The position numbers and the translations under genes were made by a program. 64,000 nucleotides of DNA, from assembly GCA_963976765.1 (NCBI GenBank), contig CAXBME010000025.1, positions 1-64,000 of the forward strand, in the 5' to 3' direction. The notes under the pieces are model-generated. The model saw nothing but the letters and a program-made list of their open reading frames with translations. It was not told where the DNA came from and made no database searches. Source of the DNA: an uncultured Planctomycetaceae bacterium (GTDB lineage: Bacteria; Planctomycetota; Planctomycetia; Planctomycetales; Planctomycetaceae). Within the stretch, counting starts at the first letter, position 1. Every line of letters begins with the position of its first letter. Positions 59,184-64,000 of the stretch are shown here, piece by piece.

Positions 59184-61109
59184 CTACTTGATGCCGATCA
59201 TGTCGACCATCGGTCCCGCCACGGCGCCGTACTCGCCAGCCTGCCAGACGTAGCGGACCAGGTCGAAGGTGACTCCCGTGCAGACCAGCATGAGGATTGT
59301 AGTAACAAGCACGCAGGCAAAGACGCCCATGCCCCAGTCCTGCTCGACCGGGGCTCGCATGGCGCCACCGACGGCTGCTGGAGCCACAAAGTCGGCCGCA
59401 CCATCTTCCGAGACAAATTCATCGTCGAAGTCGTCTTCGTCAGCCATGAATTCTTCGTCGTCAGCGAAGTCTTCAATTTCGTCGTCTTCTCCGAGCAGCT
59501 CGTCGTCATCGTCGAATTCTTCGTCGAAAACTTCTCCGGCATCCAGGTCGAATGTTTCTTCGCTGTCGCCACCCTTCTTTTTGATCATCGTCGCGGCACG
59601 ATCGTCCGCGTCATCGTCTTCATCATCAAAGAGCAGAACGCTGGTGTCCGAGCTGCTGTCGCCTTCGAGGGCTCCGAGTTCGAAGTCGCTTTCATCATCG
59701 TCGTCATCGACGCCGTCGAAAGCGGACATTTGAACCATCGTATCAGCAGTACTTTCGTTTCCTCGTTTGCCGAGGCTCATGGCTGGAGCGGTCGCGGCCA
59801 GATCGTCGGCGTCGAGCGAGATTCCACTGTCCGTTGGAGAATCCAGCGAAATTCCACTGTCGGCACCAATGTCGAGTGACAGGCCGCTGTCTTCGTCGGC
59901 GGCGAGGGAAATGTCGCTGTCGGTTCCAACGTCCAAAGCGATTCCGCTGTCGTCAGCAATGTCCAGCGCGATACCGCTGTCATCGGCGATGTCGAGTGAG
60001 ATGCCCGAGTCGACGGCGACTTCCAGCGAGATGTCACTGTCGGTTCCAATGTCCAGCGCGATACCGCTGTCGTCGTCGCCAAGCACGATGTCGTCATCAG
60101 AATTATCGCCAGTAAGTTCGATGCCGCCGTCGGTGCGGTCGATCAGGCTGACGTCGCTGTCGCTGTTCAGTTCGAGGTCCGGCGCCGGAGACAACAGCCG
60201 CACGTCGCTGTCTGAGTTGGAAGTCTGCAGTCGGACGTCGCTGTCAGAGTCTGTCTTGATGAGCCGCACGTCGCTGTCGAGGCTCAGGTCATCAGCGCTG
60301 ACGCCCTCAGAGTCCGAAGGCAACTTCACGTCGCTGTCGGAGTCAGAATTCACCATCTTGACGTCGCTGTCTGAATCTGAGTCGAGGCCCAGATCCGGAG
60401 CGCCTCCAAGAATCATCGGCTGCGTCTGATCGAGCAGCCGAACATCGCTGTCCGAATCAGCTCCCGAAAGAACGATGGCACTGCCTTCTTCGTCCAGATC
60501 AATGGCCAGACGCACGTCACTGTCAGACCGTCCGAGATCCATCACGTCGTCATCATCATCGTCTTCCAGAATCAGGCCACCAGTATCCTGGCTCGAATCG
60601 CTCAGCGAGACTGGGATTTCAAAACTGACACCTTCAGAACTGTCTTCGTCATCCAGCTCAAGTTCACCATCCGAGTCTCCCAGAGACAAGGGGATGTCAA
60701 CGCTTGAGTCAGAAAGAACACCGTCGCCTGAATCGACAGGCGACTGAGTGATCAACTTTGAATCGAGAACCAGACGAACTCCGCTGTCAGACGTGCCTTC
60801 GCCCAGGTCGTCGTCATCACCGAAGATGTTGCTGTCTTCTTCCTGCTTGCGGATGATCGTTGGCTGTTCCGAAATCTGATCGTCATCGGCCAGAACGCTG
60901 CCATCGTCGACGTCCATCAGTGGAACTTCAGGACTGGAGTCCAACTGGACCGTGCGACCGTACTCGTCGATATCTTCCTGGCGGAACTTCCAGTTTCCGC
61001 GATCAGCAAAGCCTCGAATGTCGCCGTCTGCACGTGCCTGCTTGAGCTTCTCTTCTGAGATTCCGAGAAGGTCTGCGGCTTCCTGAAGACTGAGATACTT
61101 CTTTGCCAT
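59184..61109 (-). CDS. HTH-domain protein with long acidic repeat linker and C-terminal TM helix
   Basis: N-terminal excisionase/MerR-like HTH (YLSLQEAADLLGIS...GDIRGFADRGNWKF), Asp/Ser-rich repeats, one hydrophobic helix near the C-terminus. Confidence 0.85.
   Translation of the reverse strand: MAKKYLSLQEAADLLGISEEKLKQARADGDIRGFADRGNWKFRQEDIDEYGRTVQLDSSPEVPLMDVDDGSVLADDDQISEQPTIIRKQEEDSNIFGDDDDLGEGTSDSGVRLVLDSKLITQSPVDSGDGVLSDSSVDIPLSLGDSDGELELDDEDSSEGVSFEIPVSLSDSSQDTGGLILEDDDDDDVMDLGRSDSDVRLAIDLDEEGSAIVLSGADSDSDVRLLDQTQPMILGGAPDLGLDSDSDSDVKMVNSDSDSDVKLPSDSEGVSADDLSLDSDVRLIKTDSDSDVRLQTSNSDSDVRLLSPAPDLELNSDSDVSLIDRTDGGIELTGDNSDDDIVLGDDDSGIALDIGTDSDISLEVAVDSGISLDIADDSGIALDIADDSGIALDVGTDSDISLAADEDSGLSLDIGADSGISLDSPTDSGISLDADDLAATAPAMSLGKRGNESTADTMVQMSAFDGVDDDDDESDFELGALEGDSSSDTSVLLFDDEDDDADDRAATMIKKKGGDSEETFDLDAGEVFDEEFDDDDELLGEDDEIEDFADDEEFMADEDDFDDEFVSEDGAADFVAPAAVGGAMRAPVEQDWGMGVFACVLVTTILMLVCTGVTFDLVRYVWQAGEYGAVAGPMVDMIGIK
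59814..60527 (-). repeat. Coding repeat arrays in the HTH protein
   Basis: Eight DSDV(R/K/S)(L/M) motifs (60144-60527), then nine DS(G/D)(I/L)(A/S)L motifs with exact 30-nt period (59814-60071). Confidence 0.9.
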
Positions 61110-61655
61110 GAGTCTCGACCAGTCAGTGTTTCAAAAGTAACGGCAGCTTGCCTGCTGCATTGAACAGGACAGCAACCTCTTTAAGACAGAGCGTCGGCAC
61201 CCCAACACTCCGGTCAGAAAAACCATTCTAAAGACCACCTTACCGGTTACAACACCCGGCAATTCTGCTTCACCAGAAGCCGATTGATACGCCCGTTCTA
61301 CACATTCTGCGACGGAACGCAGCATTATCCTGGAACGCGGTCTGTATTTAACAGTATCCGGTTGATCGGTCGTCGGCGCGGGACAATTGAGAGGCCTGAC
61401 AGCAATCGACGCTGGTCCGGTGGCGGAGTTTCCGGGTTGTCAGGTTATTGACGCATCCCACGAAGCAATGCGAATTCTCAGAGCAATTCGCATCGTCGCT
61501 GCAAACGTTACGACGGGTTTACGGTTTGGCAGGTAGTTCGAATTCTCAGACTTCCGGATGTAGTTCAATCTGACTTGCCATTGCCCAGGCACGCGGCCAG
61601 CCTGCTCGTGAGCTGACGATTCACCCCGGGCCGTCCCGTCCCCAAAATACAATCT

Positions 61656-61813
61656 GCCCGGCATTTCGAACTCGGCAGACAGGTCGCTTCTGAGACGCAG
61701 ACGACGCTACTTCGGAAAGTCCGACGCCGCTCGACCATCAGGGTCGGTGGCGGCACGACGGACCGGTAACTAGCGTACGCCGACCTGATGAGCCAGACAG
61801 CCCAATTCCGGGC
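61656..61813 (+). ncRNA. Candidate structured RNA (long nested hairpin); family and strand not established
   Basis: Nested complementary blocks GCCCGG/CCGGGC, GGC/GCC, CAGGTCG/CGACCTG, ACGCTA/TAGCGT, GTCCG/CGGAC, GCCGC..CGACC/GGTCG..GGCGGC; TACAAT at 61648-61653. Confidence 0.35.
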
Positions 61814-61863
61814 GACACCTCATCGGCGACACGTCAAACTTCAGGCCGTTACTGAGAGATCTC

Positions 61864-64000
61864 ATGCTTGTATTTTTGAAGAAGTCATTTGTGACCTCGA
61901 CCGCTTTGCTGGCATTGGCTCTTGTCGTTGGCTCGTTGTCTGGTCAGGAAAAACAGGATCAACAAAAGCCGTCGACCAAAGCTGCAGCTGCACGCCGTGA
62001 AGCAGGCCGAGGAAGGGATGCAAAGAATCGCCCAACCGGCAATCCAGCCGCGTCTCACGATCCAGAACTGCAGCAGTACGGGATCTATGCAAAAACGGCT
62101 CCAGTCGCCGGTCCCGCTGAAGCCATCGCCACGTCACTTCCGCTCAAACTGAAAAAAGGCGACCGGGTCGCGTTCATCGGGAACACGCTGCTTGATCGGG
62201 ATCAGCACTTCGGCCACTTCGAAGCGTTGCTGCATTCGCACTTTCCGAAACATGAACTCGTTGTGCGGAACCTCGCGTGGTCTGCGGACACTGTCGACCT
62301 GCAACCTCGACCGGCGAACTTTGCGAATCTCGACCAGCACCTGACTCACGAGAAAGTCGATGTCATCATCGCCGCGTTTGGATTCAACGAATCGTTCGCT
62401 GGCAAGGACGGGCTGGCGGACTTCGAGAAGTCGCTCACAACATTCCTGACGAGTCTCAAGACGAAAGCCTACAACGGTAAGTCGGCTCCGCGCGTCCTGC
62501 TGATTTCACCCATCGCCAACGAGAATGTCGAAGCCGTAAACGCTGCTGACCTGAATAACGAACGGATTCAACTTTACGTTGACGCCATGAAGAATGTCGC
62601 CGCGAAACAGCACGTCGGCTTCGTCGACGTTTTCGAACCGACGCAGCAGGCCATGAGCAGCCCCGGTACCGACCTGACGCTTAATGGTTGTCACCTCACG
62701 GAAGAAGGTTACGCAACGTTCGGAGTCAAGTTTTTCACTCAGGCATTTGGAGTCAACGAAGCAACCGCTCAACGATACCTCAGCAACAGCGAATTGCTTC
62801 GAGCAGCCATCACTGACCGCAACCGCCAGTTCAATCGCCGTTACCGACCGGTCAACACGTTTTACTACACAGGCGACCGGAACAAGAGTTACGGGTATCT
62901 CGACTTTCTGCCGGCCATGCGAAACTTCGACGTGATGGCTGCCAACCGCGACCGACGAATCTGGGATATCGCCCAGGGCAAACAAGTATCCGACCCGGTC
63001 GACGACTCAAACGTCCCACCTCTGCCCGAAACTACAGAAAGCCGAGGTGCCAACCGCTGGATCACTGCCGCCGATGAACTGAAAGAATTCACCGTCGATC
63101 CGCGTTTCGAAGTCAATCTGTTTGCCGGCGAAGAAGAGTTCCCGGACATCGCCGCGCCGATTCAAATGCGGTGGGACTCACGAGGTCGACTGTGGGTGAG
63201 TTGCTCGACAACCTACCCTCACGTCTACCCTGGCAACGAACCGAACGACAAGATCGTCATCCTCGAAGACACCGACGGCGACGGGAAAGCCGACAAGTCG
63301 ACAGTCTTCGCCGATGATCTGCACATTCCGCTGTCCTTCGAATTCGGTGACGGCGGTGTTTACGTTTCGGAACAGCCAGACCTCACCTTTCTCAAAGACA
63401 CCGACGGCGATGGCAAAGCTGATGTGCGACGTCGAGTACTGACCGGATTCGGAACGGAAGATTCTCACCACTCGCTGCACGACATCACCTGGTCGCCGGA
63501 CGGCGATCTCATCTTCCGCGAGTCGATCTTTCATCACTCGCAGGTCGAAACTCCTTACGGACCGGTTCGGCAACAGAACAGCGGCTGGTTCCGTTTTGAA
63601 CCTCGCTCGCAGCGGCTGACCAGTTTTGGCACCTATCACAGCACGAATCCCTGGGGAGTGACGTTCGACGATTGGGGCAACCATGTTGCAAGTCATCCCA
63701 TTTTTGCCGCCGCGTTTCATTCGCTCGACCCGCCATACCCTCAGCAGCATCCGAAACCGGCGGGACTGCGAGCGTACTCCGGAACCTGCGGTCACGAATT
63801 TGTCGATTTCAAAACCTTCCCCGACGAACTTCAGGGAGGCTTCATCAAGGTTCGCTACAAGCCGACAAACCGTGTCGAAATTCACAAATGGGTCGAATCA
63901 GAATTCGGCTTTGATGAAGAATACGTCAGCGACCTGATCTTCTCGTCGAACCTCAGCTTCATTCCGGTCGACCTGCGTTTCGGACCTCGCGGAGCCATGT
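61864..64000 (+). CDS. PVC-type membrane-bound dehydrogenase-like / heme-binding family protein with N-terminal SGNH-like domain (3' end runs off the window)
   Basis: Translated by hand from ATG 61864: signal peptide, GDRVAFIGNTL...RNLAWSAD...FGFNES...NGCHL, then FEVNLFA.E...PIQMRWDSRGRLWV...LEDTDGDGKAD...DSHH. Not in the ORF track; the expected CxxCH would lie beyond the window. Confidence 0.85.
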   Translation, partial: MLVFLKKSFVTSTALLALALVVGSLSGQEKQDQQKPSTKAAAARREAGRGRDAKNRPTGNPAASHDPELQQYGIYAKTAPVAGPAEAIATSLPLKLKKGDRVAFIGNTLLDRDQHFGHFEALLHSHFPKHELVVRNLAWSADTVDLQPRPANFANLDQHLTHEKVDVIIAAFGFNESFAGKDGLADFEKSLTTFLTSLKTKAYNGKSAPRVLLISPIANENVEAVNAADLNNERIQLYVDAMKNVAAKQHVGFVDVFEPTQQAMSSPGTDLTLNGCHLTEEGYATFGVKFFTQAFGVNEATAQRYLSNSELLRAAITDRNRQFNRRYRPVNTFYYTGDRNKSYGYLDFLPAMRNFDVMAANRDRRIWDIAQGKQVSDPVDDSNVPPLPETTESRGANRWITAADELKEFTVDPRFEVNLFAGEEEFPDIAAPIQMRWDSRGRLWVSCSTTYPHVYPGNEPNDKIVILEDTDGDGKADKSTVFADDLHIPLSFEFGDGGVYVSEQPDLTFLKDTDGDGKADVRRRVLTGFGTEDSHHSLHDITWSPDGDLIFRESIFHHSQVETPYGPVRQQNSGWFRFEPRSQRLTSFGTYHSTNPWGVTFDDWGNHVASHPIFAAAFHSLDPPYPQQHPKPAGLRAYSGTCGHEFVDFKTFPDELQGGFIKVRYKPTNRVEIHKWVESEFGFDEEYVSDLIFSSNLSFIPVDLRFGPRGAM

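Noticed and set aside
59184..61109. Prophage or integrative element suggested by the excisionase-like HTH
   Set aside because: No integrase, att-like repeats or phage genes; the flanking genes are core chromosomal genes.
61668..61730. RNase P RNA-like start (GGCAGACAGGTCGC ... GGAAAGTCCG)
   Set aside because: It resembles the 5' part of bacterial rnpB, but the later conserved blocks (GTGCAACAGA, GGTAAAC...GAGCAA, ACAGAA.CCGGCTTA) are absent and only about 190 nt remain before the next CDS. A cmsearch with RF00010 would settle it.
61785..61818. Hammerhead ribozyme core (CTGATGA)
   Set aside because: The sequence after the putative stem II is GACA rather than GAAA, and I could not build stems I and III with a cleavage triplet.

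Overview
Chromosomal window from a Planctomycetota bacterium, probably Planctomycetaceae. The assignment rests on two DUF1501 genes, a planctomycete cytochrome c/DUF1549/DUF1553 gene, two DUF1080 genes, a PVC-type heme-binding protein, a YTV-like protein, a planctomycete pilin-like gene and a Ser/Thr kinase-WD40 protein. About 39 CDSs are supported, including hemL, gyrA, rimO, ftsY, rhaB, recO, bamD, lptE and solA. Two CDSs run off the window edges and are missing from the supplied ORF track: a GEVED/FG-GAP protein at the left (minus strand) and an SGNH/PVC-type protein at the right (plus strand). I found no rRNA, tRNA, CRISPR array, integrase or transposase. Most worth a second look: (1) a ~160-nt nested long hairpin at 61.66-61.81 kb, a candidate ncRNA or structured leader; (2) a membrane-anchored HTH protein with an acidic linker carrying two short-motif repeat arrays, upstream of recO-bamD-lptE; (3) an orphan NuoM-like protein that has lost most proton-pumping residues, downstream of a SulP gene; (4) a TIGR03032 gene in frame with a signal-less GEVED/FG-GAP gene; (5) a Val/Gln/Thr-rich secreted protein with hairpin-like organisation; (6) three copies of an unnamed module inside a spermidine-synthase-like protein; (7) several families of small intergenic palindromic elements. 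All family calls come from motif recognition by eye; no database search was run.
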